Below, piece after piece: positions 18,865-28,855 of a stretch of DNA of 62,554 bases (position 1 is the first letter of the stretch; each line of letters starts with the position of its first letter). Origin of the DNA: Desulfatitalea sp. Its GTDB lineage: Bacteria; Desulfobacterota; Desulfobacteria; Desulfobacterales; Desulfosarcinaceae. The notes below the pieces were generated by a model, which was given only the letters and a program-made list of their open reading frames with translations, did not search any database and had not been told where the DNA came from. A program made the position numbers and the translations under genes. The stretch is taken from contig JBAQGR010000728.1 of assembly GCA_049287895.1 (NCBI GenBank), forward strand, positions 1-62,554, read 5' to 3'.

Positions 18865-21161
18865 GGCCCGATCACCTCCATTCGATGGGCGTAGGCATTA
18901 TGGACCACAAAGCCGTCCGTGGTTGGGGTGTACTCAACCCAGAAGGTGACCTTGTAGGGCGCATAGGCTGCCTTGTAACGACCGCTGGGAGGATGGAAAA
19001 GCCGTTCACGGCTGGCCTCGGCATGCTGGATGACCTGCTGCAGATCTTCTACCAGAATGCGGCGGCTATCCAGGCTTTCAGCCACTTCAGGGGATATCTC
19101 CAATTTGATGGTTTGGTGGGGGTTCATTTTGTCGGGCACCTCGTTCCACAATTTTTCCAACAGCCGCGCCTTGAATCGGGCGCGGTTTTCCTGACGCCGG
19201 GACCATCCCGGCCGTGGACGAAGGGCCGGATCGGGATGCCGGGGGTCCGGGAAAAAGAGATCCAGCAGATGGATCACCCGGTTGCCGGTGGCCGCCAGGT
19301 TGTCCCGGCACATGGCGCAATAAGCGATATAATCGGAATCGCTGCGCACTGCTCGGCGATGACTCACCTCCCGCGCCAGCTCGGGGTCGGCGTTTTGCAT
19401 CAATCCGCCGAATCCGCAGCATTCGGTTTTATCACGGCCCAGCGCCAGTTCCTCGATTTCAAGACCGGCCTCCGATATCAGTCGCCGGACACAGGCCTGC
19501 AGTTCGGTCTCGTAGCGGGTGGTGCAGGGATCGTGCACCGCCAGCGGGCGTACAACATGGGTTGTCACGGCTTCCGGTCGGTAGGTTTCAAGCACCGACC
19601 ACAAAGAGACCATGGGGAGCATGGGCAGATGGTCATTAAAAATACGGATGCAGGTTGAACAGGCCAGGATCAGCCGGGGTTGCCCCAGGGCGTTCCATTG
19701 GGCCTCGATATGGGCTGTCTGCGCTTCGAACAGTTCCCGCCGGCCGGCCCAATGCGCCGGCGCTCCACAACAGTTCAGCATCAACCCGACCCCACCCGGC
19801 AATTCCGACCGGAGGTGGGCATAGACTTTTTCGACCTGCCCCGGAGCCGAGGCGCAAAGTTGACATCCCGGGAAAAAAAGATAGGCACTGGCTTCACGGC
19901 CGGGCTGATGCCGGGCCAGCGCGAAACGTTCACCCTGACTGAAGGCCATATCCAGCAAAGCGAACTCATGGGCTGAAGGCGGCATCTTACCGTTGTCCAC
20001 CATGGCCCGGCGCGCCTGCAGGCAAAGGTCCTGCATGGCGAAGTCATTGGGGCAGACCCGCTGGCAAAGCCCGCACAGGCTGCAGGAGTTGATCAGCCGG
20101 TTGGCCTTGTGCTCGCCCATGACAATGGAAAGATTGTTGTATACTTCCCGGGCATATTTTTTGGGATAAGCGCCGAATTTCTCCAGATAAGCGCACGCTT
20201 TAACGCATTCCAGGCACTCGCACTGCAAACAGCGACGGGCTTCCGCTTCTGCTTCGACCCTGGAGTACCCCCCGGCTTCATAGGCCATGGGGATCGCGGG
20301 CAGTGACCCCACATCCGTCAGACTTGTGAACAACCTGGTCTCAAAGGGGCCTTCCTTATCACGGCCGGCGGTAATGGAAACGCCTTGCAGAAAGCGGTCA
20401 ATGGAGGTGGCGGCCCAGCGACCTTGGGCCGCCTGCCACACCGGCGAAAGGGTTTGACCGCCTGCAAATATTCCGGCACGACTTGTCGAACGGCTTTTGG
20501 AATCGATCCGGAGCGTACCGTCACTATGACATTCAAGATGCCACTCTTTCCCGGTTACGGTATCGAGACCCAGGTATACAGCGTCAAATAAATTCAGGCA
20601 TCGGGCTGCAATTGCTTCGGAATCCGGATCGCTGCCGAGTTCAAACCGGACGCCTAATCTGGAAAGCACATCGATTTCTCCATCGATGGCTTCAGCCGGC
20701 AAATTCCTGGCGTCCAATCGGCGCAAAAGCGCCCCAGGCAGGTCCCGGGATTCGAAGATGGTGACCGCATACCCTTTGCGCACCAGGTCCCAAGCTGCGG
20801 TCAGGCTGCTCAATCCGCTGCCGGCAATGGCCACCTTTTTCCCTTTGGCCGGCAAAGGCATGATAGGAACCGCCGGCGGGGTGGTCTGCACGCAGGCGCG
20901 TTCCAAAGCGCCGATGCGAATAGCACCGCCGGCCTCATCCCGCTTGCAGCGCGCTTCACAGGGGGCATCACAGATGCGTCCCAGAATACCGGGCAGCGGC
21001 ATGGACTTGCGCAGGACCTTCCAGGCATCTTGCCAGCGTCCTTGGGCGATATGGCCGGCTAAAGCGCGCCCATCCACATGCAACGGGCAGGCAGCGGTGC
21101 ACCAGGGCGGCTCTTCCTGGATACAGCGATATTCCAGATCCCTCAATGCCTGTTGTTCCAT
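18861..21161 (-). CDS. Pyridine nucleotide-disulfide oxidoreductase / dicluster / CCG-domain protein (DVU_1558 type)
   Basis: GltD-like CTAACP...GRICDAPCEARC, GSGLSSL, CSLCGLCQRVCP, FFPGCQ, CCGAP, HDPC, CCGFGG. Confidence 0.85.
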   Translation of the reverse strand: MEQQALRDLEYRCIQEEPPWCTAACPLHVDGRALAGHIAQGRWQDAWKVLRKSMPLPGILGRICDAPCEARCKRDEAGGAIRIGALERACVQTTPPAVPIMPLPAKGKKVAIAGSGLSSLTAAWDLVRKGYAVTIFESRDLPGALLRRLDARNLPAEAIDGEIDVLSRLGVRFELGSDPDSEAIAARCLNLFDAVYLGLDTVTGKEWHLECHSDGTLRIDSKSRSTSRAGIFAGGQTLSPVWQAAQGRWAATSIDRFLQGVSITAGRDKEGPFETRLFTSLTDVGSLPAIPMAYEAGGYSRVEAEAEARRCLQCECLECVKACAYLEKFGAYPKKYAREVYNNLSIVMGEHKANRLINSCSLCGLCQRVCPNDFAMQDLCLQARRAMVDNGKMPPSAHEFALLDMAFSQGERFALARHQPGREASAYLFFPGCQLCASAPGQVEKVYAHLRSELPGGVGLMLNCCGAPAHWAGRRELFEAQTAHIEAQWNALGQPRLILACSTCIRIFNDHLPMLPMVSLWSVLETYRPEAVTTHVVRPLAVHDPCTTRYETELQACVRRLISEAGLEIEELALGRDKTECCGFGGLMQNADPELAREVSHRRAVRSDSDYIAYCAMCRDNLAATGNRVIHLLDLFFPDPRHPDPALRPRPGWSRRQENRARFKARLLEKLWNEVPDKMNPHQTIKLEISPEVAESLDSRRILVEDLQQVIQHAEASRERLFHPPSGRYKAAYAPYKVTFWVEYTPTTDGFVVHNAYAHRMEVIGP

Positions 21162-21275
21162 TACGTTCCTTTGCCGGATGAGCTTTCTCCCCACCCCATC
21201 CATTCCCACGCCTGAGGGAGGGAAACAACTCAACAACCCAATAAACCCTATAAACTCAACAAACTCATTTCAGGC

Positions 21276-21314
21276 GGCAAAGGCGAATCCCTGCCCAGGG
21301 GATTCGCCTTTGCC
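21276..21314. terminator. Strong hairpin downstream of mop
   Basis: GGCAAAGGCGAATCCC-N7-GGGATTCGCCTTTGCC, a perfect 16 bp stem. No clear U-tract on the minus strand, so it may be an attenuating or mRNA-stabilising hairpin. Confidence 0.6.
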
Positions 21315-21389
21315 TTTCTTGGAGGTTTTCAGGTGACGGAAACCTCATCGATGCAAACGCAGGATGATTTCCAGCGATTCACATATACG

Positions 21390-24110
21390 CTACTTCATTG
21401 CGGCCAACACCTTTTCCGGAAGGGCCGGCAGACTCCGAACCCGAGCACCGGTGGCATTGGCGATGGCGTTGATCACGGCCACATGACTGGAGGTCAAGGG
21501 CAACTCACCCACACCGGCGGCACCGAAAGGACCGTCGGGACGCGGGGTCTCCACATAGTGGATGTCGATCTTGTCCGGGATATCCTTTGCATACGGAATG
21601 CCGCAAGCCTTCAACGAAGTGTGCTTTTTCAGATCGTCGAAGTCTTCGGACAAGGCCAGCCCGATACCTTGAGCGATACCACCGTAGATCTGGCCGTCCA
21701 CGGCCAGGCGGCTGTTGATCTTACCCACATCGGCGATCATGGTGTAGCCTTCCACCGCTGTTTTACCGGTTTTGGTGTCCACGGCCACTTCGGCCATAAA
21801 AAGTCCATACATATAAGTACAGAAAGGCGACCCCTGAGCGGTTTCCATGTTACAGGCCGTGCACATGGAGGCCGTCCAACTGCCCGAATAGCTCAGGGGG
21901 ATATTCTCGGCCTTCATCTCGTCGTAGGTCCGGTAACCGCCCTTGGGCTTCTTCATGGCGTTGATCAGCATCTGGCAACCGTTAACAATGGCATTGCCGG
22001 TAACGACCTGCTGACGGCTGCCGCCCGATGGTCCGCTGTTGGGCGTGGTGGCCGTGTCGTTCATCACCAGGCGGATCTGTTCCGGAGCCAGTCCCAGGGG
22101 ACGTAAGGCTTTATGGGCTGTTCCCAGCGTACCGATATCAGCGCCCTGCCCGTGATCTTCCCAGGAATTGTAAACCGTTACGGTGTTGTCCGGGTTGAGT
22201 TCCACCCGCGCCGCGGAGGCATCCGCGCCGTCCAGGCCGCAGCCGTAGATACCCAGGGAAATTCCCACGCCTTTTTTGACCGCCGCAGTGGATTCCTTTT
22301 TGGCTTTTTCCTTGGCCGCTTTGTACAACGGACGCAACTTGTCCACCATCTCGGCCAGGCTATAAACTTCGGGTGCCTGACCGGAGGGGGTGGTGTCCCC
22401 TTTTTTGTAAATATTGCGGGCGCGCAATTCCAAAGGATCCTCGCCCATTTTAGCGGCCAGTTCATCAATCAGACTCTCGCTGGCCAGGAAGCTCTGCGGC
22501 GACCCGTAGGAGCGGAAAGCCGAGCCCCAGCCATGATTGGTGGCCACGGTGCGACCCAAGCCGCGGATATTGGCAATCCCATAGCCGGCGCCGATGAATT
22601 GGGCACCGCGCATGGTCAGCAAATCGCCGAATTCGGAGTAGGGCCCATGATCCACGCTCCAGTCGCTCTCCATGGCCGTGATTTTGCCATTGGCGTCGGC
22701 GCCGAATTTGAGCTTGATCCAGAAGGGCGACCGTTTGCCGGTGTAAGTGATATGCTGGTAATAGTTGTAGCATAAATAGACCGGCCGGTTGGTGGCCATG
22801 CAAGCGACCCCCAGAAGGGCCTCCATGGTGGGGCTGAATTTATAGCCGAAGGTACCGCCGGTGGGATTTTGCACCAGGCGCAACTTTTCCGGCTCGATAC
22901 CCAATCCCGGGGCAATCATGGCATGATGCAAGAAGATAGCGATGCTCTTGGAGTGGATGGTCAGTCGCCCGTCAGCGTCCAGATAAGCACACCCAACATC
23001 CGGTTCCATGGTCAGATGGGGCTGTCTTTGCAAGTAATATTTGCCTTCTACCACATGGGCGGCTTTGGCCATCAGCGGTGCGGTCTCGGCACCTTTCTTA
23101 ATGGGGATCTCGTAATAAACGTTGGGGGTGCCGGGATGGATCTCCATGGCATCGTCAGCCATGGCCGCCGGGGCGCTCAGGTAGGCCGGCAGCTCCTCCA
23201 GTTCCACTTTGACTTGATCGGCCGCAGCTTGCGCCAAAGCGGGCGTTTCGGCACACACGATGGCAATGGCGTCGCCGAGCTGGTAAACTTTCTTGTCGCA
23301 CAGGATCGGCCGGTCCCAGCCATCGCCCTTATTGGTGGGAAAAGTGATCAGGCCGGTGATACGGTTCTTGCCCTTAACATCTTTATGGGTCACCACCTTG
23401 ACCACGCCCGGCATTTTTGCCGCGGCACTGGTATCGATGGATTTGATATTGGCATGCGACACCTTGGCCTGGACCAGTGCCAGGTGCAGTGTACCTTCGG
23501 GCATCTTGACGCCCAGATCGGCCCCGAAATTTATGGTCCCGGTGGCCTTGGCCACTGCCGTGGGACGCGGATGTTTGCTGCCCCACACTTCGCCGTCGGC
23601 CGGCATTTTGAACATCAGCGCGTCGGCCTTCATTTCACCGCGCATGACCTTGGCCGCATCCATGACGGCATCCACGATTTGTTTATACCCGGTACAGCGG
23701 CAGACGTTGCGGTGCTTGTTATACCAATCGCGCACATCTGCCCGGGTGGGTTTGGGATTTTCGGTCAGTAGCGCCTTGGCGGAAACGATAAAGCCCGGGG
23801 TGCAGAAACCGCACTGGATCGCGCCGTGCACGATGAAAGCCAGCTGCAGCGGATGCATGTGATTGGGCGTGCCAATCCCTTCGATGGTGGTCACCGCAGC
23901 CCCTTCGGCCACCTTGGACATTTTGGTGACGCACGAGCGCACCAGTTTGTTGTCCAGGATCACGTTGCAGCAACCGCACTGGGCCTCGCCGCAGCCCACT
24001 TTGGTGCCGGTCAGGCCGAGCTGGCCGCGCAATACATTGGCCAGCGACGCATCCTCCGGTGCAACGACCGTGACGTCAGTCCCGTTGACGTTGATCATTC
24101 TCTTAATCAT
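21390..24110 (-). CDS. mop: Molybdopterin-dependent aldehyde oxidoreductase (xanthine oxidase family, Mop type)
   Basis: Two [2Fe-2S] domains (GCGEAQCGCC, QCGFCTPG, CRCTGY), GGTFGYKFSP, AFRSYGSPQ, GSRQ, GVGELPL; 906 aa. Confidence 0.93.
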   Translation of the reverse strand: MIKRMINVNGTDVTVVAPEDASLANVLRGQLGLTGTKVGCGEAQCGCCNVILDNKLVRSCVTKMSKVAEGAAVTTIEGIGTPNHMHPLQLAFIVHGAIQCGFCTPGFIVSAKALLTENPKPTRADVRDWYNKHRNVCRCTGYKQIVDAVMDAAKVMRGEMKADALMFKMPADGEVWGSKHPRPTAVAKATGTINFGADLGVKMPEGTLHLALVQAKVSHANIKSIDTSAAAKMPGVVKVVTHKDVKGKNRITGLITFPTNKGDGWDRPILCDKKVYQLGDAIAIVCAETPALAQAAADQVKVELEELPAYLSAPAAMADDAMEIHPGTPNVYYEIPIKKGAETAPLMAKAAHVVEGKYYLQRQPHLTMEPDVGCAYLDADGRLTIHSKSIAIFLHHAMIAPGLGIEPEKLRLVQNPTGGTFGYKFSPTMEALLGVACMATNRPVYLCYNYYQHITYTGKRSPFWIKLKFGADANGKITAMESDWSVDHGPYSEFGDLLTMRGAQFIGAGYGIANIRGLGRTVATNHGWGSAFRSYGSPQSFLASESLIDELAAKMGEDPLELRARNIYKKGDTTPSGQAPEVYSLAEMVDKLRPLYKAAKEKAKKESTAAVKKGVGISLGIYGCGLDGADASAARVELNPDNTVTVYNSWEDHGQGADIGTLGTAHKALRPLGLAPEQIRLVMNDTATTPNSGPSGGSRQQVVTGNAIVNGCQMLINAMKKPKGGYRTYDEMKAENIPLSYSGSWTASMCTACNMETAQGSPFCTYMYGLFMAEVAVDTKTGKTAVEGYTMIADVGKINSRLAVDGQIYGGIAQGIGLALSEDFDDLKKHTSLKACGIPYAKDIPDKIDIHYVETPRPDGPFGAAGVGELPLTSSHVAVINAIANATGARVRSLPALPEKVLAAMK

Positions 24111-24178
24111 TCTGCCTCCTCCTTTGTAAGATAGAAAAATTCATTAACCAAACAATTCCAATAAGTTCATCAGACGCG

Positions 24179-25201
24179 TCATGCTTTGCCGTAACCGCAC
24201 AGCGGATATCGGCATTCGGCGCAGCCGGCGCAGAAGCCGCCGTGTCCCAAGCCCGCAATATCTTCACGGGTAAGCCGCTCACCGGCCAGCAACCGCGGCA
24301 CCACCAGGTCAAAAATGCTGGTACGGTGGTACATGACGCAGCCCGGCAACCCCAGCACCGGGATATCGCCAATATAAGCCAACATGAACATCGCACCTGG
24401 TAAAGTGGGTGCGCCATAGGTGACCACTTGGGCGCCGGCGGACCGGATCGCGGCCGGAGTGCGATCATCCGGGTCCACGGACATTCCTCCGGTGAGCAGC
24501 ACCATCCCAACCCCTTCGCCGATCAGTGCGTGGATGGCTGCGACCGTATGATCGACCACATCGGAAACGTAGATTTGACGGACTACACGGCTGCCCAGGT
24601 CCTTGATTTTCTTATCGACCACCGGTCCGAATTGATCCTTGATACGACCCAGGAATACTTCGCTGCCGGTGGTGACCATCCCCACGCGGAGGGATTGGAA
24701 AGGGTTGACGGCAATAAGGGGCGGACTTTTCCGGCACACCATCTCCGCCTGCGCCACTTTGCTTTCGGAAACCAGCAGAGGGATGACCCGGGTACCGGCC
24801 ACCGGCTGACCGGCGGCGACACGATGGTTGGAATGAAGGGTGGCAAAAGCCACATCCTGGATGGCATTGAGCTTGTTCAGCGCGGATACATCCACCTTGA
24901 GCAAGCCTTCATATGCGGCGATCAGGTTAATGCGGCCTTCGGAAGGAGCGCTCAGCGTTAGCCCCTGTCCGGCAGCGGCAGTGGCGATGCGCCGTGCGGC
25001 GGCATCTTCGTGAACCTGATCAGAAGATATTTCCAGGACATAGATATGGGCCTTGCCCATGTCGAGCAGCGTCTCGATATCCTGCTCCTGGATGATGTGG
25101 CCCTTTTTGAAAGCCGGGCCCTTGCTCTGTCCCGGCACGATGCGCGTGACGTCATGGGCCAGCACTTGTCCGACAGCGTGATGGATGGGTATTGAATTCA
25201 T
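24179..25201 (-). CDS. Molybdopterin-binding MoeA-like protein (DVU_1560 type)
   Basis: VLAHDVTRIVPG...FKKGH, TTGSEV, TGGMSVDPDD, PGAMF, GLPGC, GHGGFCAGCAECRYPLCGYGK. Confidence 0.88.
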   Translation of the reverse strand: MNSIPIHHAVGQVLAHDVTRIVPGQSKGPAFKKGHIIQEQDIETLLDMGKAHIYVLEISSDQVHEDAAARRIATAAAGQGLTLSAPSEGRINLIAAYEGLLKVDVSALNKLNAIQDVAFATLHSNHRVAAGQPVAGTRVIPLLVSESKVAQAEMVCRKSPPLIAVNPFQSLRVGMVTTGSEVFLGRIKDQFGPVVDKKIKDLGSRVVRQIYVSDVVDHTVAAIHALIGEGVGMVLLTGGMSVDPDDRTPAAIRSAGAQVVTYGAPTLPGAMFMLAYIGDIPVLGLPGCVMYHRTSIFDLVVPRLLAGERLTREDIAGLGHGGFCAGCAECRYPLCGYGKA

Positions 25202-25397
25202 CAGCTCTAAATCAATTCCGATATGTCATGAGTTCTATTCGAATTTTCATCCGGAATGAAGGTGCCACCGGCAGTATCTATAATAAACTTAGTTGTTGTG
25301 GCTTTATGTGTGCTGCGTATTTCGGTACCATTATCCATTGCGTCAAAACCACTCTATCATGCAGCGCAACATTTATTTCAAAATGGATATATTTGGT

Positions 25398-25415
25398 TAG
25401 CACAAGCCGTGCCGA
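25398..25415 (-). promoter_or_regulatory. Sigma54 promoter of the mop operon
   Basis: Minus strand TCGGCACGGCTTGTGCTA (GG-N10-GC). Confidence 0.6.
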
Positions 25416-25475
25416 TTCGCTTGCCGTGCCGAATGGTGTGGCCGGGTTTGGGCTAATTATCTAAAATATACAAAA

Positions 25476-25488
25476 TATCAATATGTTA
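25476..25488. promoter_or_regulatory. IHF binding site
   Basis: TATCAATATGTTA matches WATCAANNNNTTR, about 60 nt upstream of the sigma54 site, beside an AT-rich tract. Confidence 0.55.
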
Positions 25489-25824
25489 GTTGGATGTCGA
25501 CTTCTATTGCGATGAAACCGGGAAGCAGGGAAACCGCCACTGAGAAGAAAACGTTATGCTTCAATTGAGACAAAAACTCCCATCCAGAAACGAAACCCCT
25601 TTACAATCCTTTAAAAATGCTTCTTTGACAAATCGAATAGGTTGGGGTCAATTGGGACTACCAGCCCCAATTATAGCGGTCATGGAAGGGCTTTTAGAAA
25701 CTCTGCGGAATCAGTCGCCACTATAATTGAATGATTTTAGGATGGACCTGCATCTGGTTTTAACATGGATGTCTGTTAGAGTTACTACGAGTTATTCAGA
25801 AGAAAAATCGATACTAACAATCTT

Positions 25825-25956
25825 GAGGAACTCGTAAAAAGTCTCAGGTGGTCCGATTGTGTCATCCGCGAGAAGGCGGGGATCCAGTTTTTTCAAATGC
25901 TTCTGGACTCCCGCCTTCGCGGGAGCGACGGCTTGTGAACTTTTTACGATGTCGTC
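25825..25956. repeat. ~132 bp REP/MITE-like palindromic element, copy 2 (inverted relative to copy 1)
   Basis: Outer IR GAACTCGTAAAAAGT...ACTTTTTACGATGTC; inner IR GAAGGCGGGGATCCAG...CTGGACTCCCGCCTTC. Confidence 0.85.
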
Positions 25957-25985
25957 CGCTTTGAACCAGAAACCATTCAGATCCG

Positions 25986-28169
25986 TCAAAGAAATTCAAT
26001 CGCTTCAGCCTGGACCAGATACCACACAAAAGAAAGTGCTCGTCTCAGTTCTGTATTATCGACCTTTTTTAAGACGGCCCAGAGCGTCCGATGCCCGTCG
26101 ATACGATTCAGCAGGCTAATTTCACGGTGGTCAATTACCACCGGCGTCTGCCCGCCATGGCCGGGGAGCAGCACAAAAGTGCCTTCCATCGTTGGTCCAA
26201 GGCGCTCTGCATTGAGGTTCTGATCGGGGCCCGTCGTAAGGCGATGAATTGCAAAGCAGGAGCGCTGAATGTAATGGGGAAGGATCATTCGAGGAATCAT
26301 TTTTTTAATTTTTTTTGAATCGGGCGATGCCCCCTCCATGCCCAACAGGCGACCGATCCGCGTCAAGGTCGCCTGTTCGTCATGCCGCAGTCTTTTAAGG
26401 ATGTCCGGCCCCAGGGTGTAATAAAGGAATCCGTGATTGGTGCAGAGCCCGCCCACGAAAGGGTATTCATCGATGGCATAGATCTGTTCCAGCCGACTGA
26501 GACGATCGTACAGCCGGTTGACACTCTCGATGGACATGCGCGTGGGCGACCGCCAGACGGGCTCGGGCGTTTTCAGCGGGTTGAGGTCATAGCTAATGGC
26601 ACTCACCCCATAGGCACCCGGATCGCCGTGCATTCGGGATCCGGGCAGGACCATCAGCAGTCCCATGACATAATAAGAGATGTTCTGCGCATTGACTTCG
26701 AGAAAGCGTACGGTTTCTTCTCCATCGGCCTCGCTCTCTCCGGGCATGCCGAAAATACCCATGGCCTGGGTGGCCACGCCGGCTGAATAGAGGTTTTCCA
26801 GGACTTGGGCGATGATTTCCACCCGTTTGCCCTTATCCATGGCATCCAGGGTTCTCTGGCACCCGCTTTCGAAACCGATGGCCACACTTTTGAGACCGGC
26901 GCGGGCCATCAACTGACAGGTTTGGGCGTCAAAAGCTTTCTCGGCCCGCAAATCGGTATTCCAGGTGAAGTTGCGGCCGCTGTCCAGCATCGCCTGGCTG
27001 AGTTTTTTCAGGTAGGCGGGGTCGATCACGTCATTGCTGAAGTTAAAGTGCGTGCTGCCGTAGCGATCCGCCAGAGCGGCCATTTCGGCAACCGCCTTGT
27101 CCACCGATACGGTCTGGTAACGGCGCATGCGGTGATCCCCGTAACGGTTTTGGCAAAAGACACAACGCCCCCAATAACAGCCGCGGCTGATGCAGTAAGG
27201 AACAACGGTTTGGGGAACCAGGTAGGCGCCCAGATCCAGATCGGAAAAGTCGGGTGGCGGCTGGTCGACGATATCGGTGTAGTTGAGCTGCTGGAAGCGG
27301 ATCAGGTTCCGAGTGGCTGGATCCTGACCCATAAGATTGGGCAGACCTGCCGGAGATTCGTTTTTCAACACACACGCCAACAGATCGGTAAAGACCTGCT
27401 CGCCTTCGCCGCAGGCAATGGTGTCGGCGCAGCTCAGCAATTGCATCACCTGCGCGTCATCGGCGGCCATGGCCCACTGGGAGAGATAGGCCCCGCCCAG
27501 AACCACATGGACATGGGGGAAACGGGCTTTGATCATCCGGCCCAGCACCAGGGCTTGCACCGACTGATTGGCGAAAACCAGGGAGATGCCCACCAGGCAT
27601 GGACGCAGCCCGGCGATCATGGGAAAGAGAACTTCTTCATAGTAGCGCACATACGGATTGACCGCCGGGTCCTGATGGGCCAGGATATTGTCCATGCTCT
27701 TGAGCAGGGTGGCCGTGGGATATTCCGCCGCCGCCAGCATCGTGGGATAGTGCCGGGCGCTGAGCAGGTCGAAAAAAGCGCTCAATCCGTTGCGGGCCTG
27801 TTTGTATCGGTGGTAATCGAAAAAGGTGTTCGGCTGCCGGAATAGTTGGAAGGTTTCTGAAAACCACTCGGGATGATCATGGGCCGGCAAGGCTGTCAGC
27901 AAGCGGCCGTAATACTGCTGCTGCCCGGCGTCAAGCGCGGGCAGACTTTCCAAGCGATCGCACTGCTGCCGGATTTCCCGGAGCATACCGGCCACACGTT
28001 CCGGGTGGGATAGGTAGTGCAGCGCTTCGATCCCCAGGTCCTTGACCTTGACCCGATACCCCTGCCGGGAAGCAAAGGATTTCAAATAGCACAAGGCCGG
28101 ATATGGACCGGTAACGTCTCCGGGGGGTGGCTGCAGCAACAGCGCATGGCAGGAACTTTCCGCTTTCAA
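25986..28169 (-). CDS. Cobalamin-binding-domain radical SAM protein (class B methyltransferase-like)
   Basis: PYPALCYLKS, VGISLVFANQ, VVLGG, GEGE, SRGCYWGRCVFC, GFESG; TTG start at 28169 with GGAGA RBS. Confidence 0.85.
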   Translation of the reverse strand: MKAESSCHALLLQPPPGDVTGPYPALCYLKSFASRQGYRVKVKDLGIEALHYLSHPERVAGMLREIRQQCDRLESLPALDAGQQQYYGRLLTALPAHDHPEWFSETFQLFRQPNTFFDYHRYKQARNGLSAFFDLLSARHYPTMLAAAEYPTATLLKSMDNILAHQDPAVNPYVRYYEEVLFPMIAGLRPCLVGISLVFANQSVQALVLGRMIKARFPHVHVVLGGAYLSQWAMAADDAQVMQLLSCADTIACGEGEQVFTDLLACVLKNESPAGLPNLMGQDPATRNLIRFQQLNYTDIVDQPPPDFSDLDLGAYLVPQTVVPYCISRGCYWGRCVFCQNRYGDHRMRRYQTVSVDKAVAEMAALADRYGSTHFNFSNDVIDPAYLKKLSQAMLDSGRNFTWNTDLRAEKAFDAQTCQLMARAGLKSVAIGFESGCQRTLDAMDKGKRVEIIAQVLENLYSAGVATQAMGIFGMPGESEADGEETVRFLEVNAQNISYYVMGLLMVLPGSRMHGDPGAYGVSAISYDLNPLKTPEPVWRSPTRMSIESVNRLYDRLSRLEQIYAIDEYPFVGGLCTNHGFLYYTLGPDILKRLRHDEQATLTRIGRLLGMEGASPDSKKIKKMIPRMILPHYIQRSCFAIHRLTTGPDQNLNAERLGPTMEGTFVLLPGHGGQTPVVIDHREISLLNRIDGHRTLWAVLKKVDNTELRRALSFVWYLVQAEAIEFL

Positions 28170-28170
28170 T

Positions 28171-28851
28171 TTATTTCTCCAGGATACCGGCCAAGGGCGA
28201 TGCCTCCAGGACAAGCTGCGTCACCACTCGGTATGAAGGCCGGTTCAACCGCCGGTAAGAATCGGAATGGCTCAAAACCGGCACCTCACGAATCCTGCGC
28301 ATCAATTCGCGCACCTCGGATAAAAAAGTATTCACCATGGCGGACGGAAAGGCGAAAACATGCCCGGCCAAAGCAATCTCGCCGGCCTGGTTCAGCATCC
28401 TGAACTGATCCAGGACCTCGAAAAAATGAGCGTTGCTGCCCCGGGTGACCTCGGCCGATTGAATGCATACACGGACAAGCTCATCTGCGACCCTGTTGGC
28501 ATCATCGCCGCACAAATGCCTCACGGCCCGCAGGTTGATCCTGAGCATCCTGCCATCGGCGGAAATATTTTCCACCGCCGGCTCGCTGACCGGCTCCACG
28601 TCAAGTCCCCGTATTAACTCCTGATACAGACGTTGCCGGAAACCTTCGGGGTGGTCGATGGTATGGCCAACCCCGAATTCGCCCTGATGAAGGCATTTAT
28701 AGATGTCGATCAAGTCGTGGGCCACGGGTGCCCGGGGCGTCTGCCCATAGGGATTGCCGGCCTGTAAATCGTGGTGCTGCACTTCATGTAACATGAACTG
28801 TTGGATGAGCATCTGCCGCAGATCGGCAGGGTATCCGGGATCCCATGACAT
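28171..28851 (-). CDS. Conserved hypothetical protein
   Basis: Fills the gap between pafA and the radical SAM gene with 1-4 nt spacing; motifs DIYKCLHQGEFGVGH, RINL, SHSDSYR...PSYRVV. Confidence 0.7.
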   Translation of the reverse strand: MSWDPGYPADLRQMLIQQFMLHEVQHHDLQAGNPYGQTPRAPVAHDLIDIYKCLHQGEFGVGHTIDHPEGFRQRLYQELIRGLDVEPVSEPAVENISADGRMLRINLRAVRHLCGDDANRVADELVRVCIQSAEVTRGSNAHFFEVLDQFRMLNQAGEIALAGHVFAFPSAMVNTFLSEVRELMRRIREVPVLSHSDSYRRLNRPSYRVVTQLVLEASPLAGILEK

Positions 28852-28855
28852 TTGG

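Noticed and set aside
25202..25397. Moco/Wco riboswitch upstream of the mop operon
   Set aside because: Only an imperfect inverted repeat is visible, and the conserved motif features could not be identified. An Infernal scan would be needed.
25625..25630. Perfect TTGACA -35 box on the plus strand
   Set aside because: There is no good -10 at 16-18 nt and no plus-strand gene downstream.
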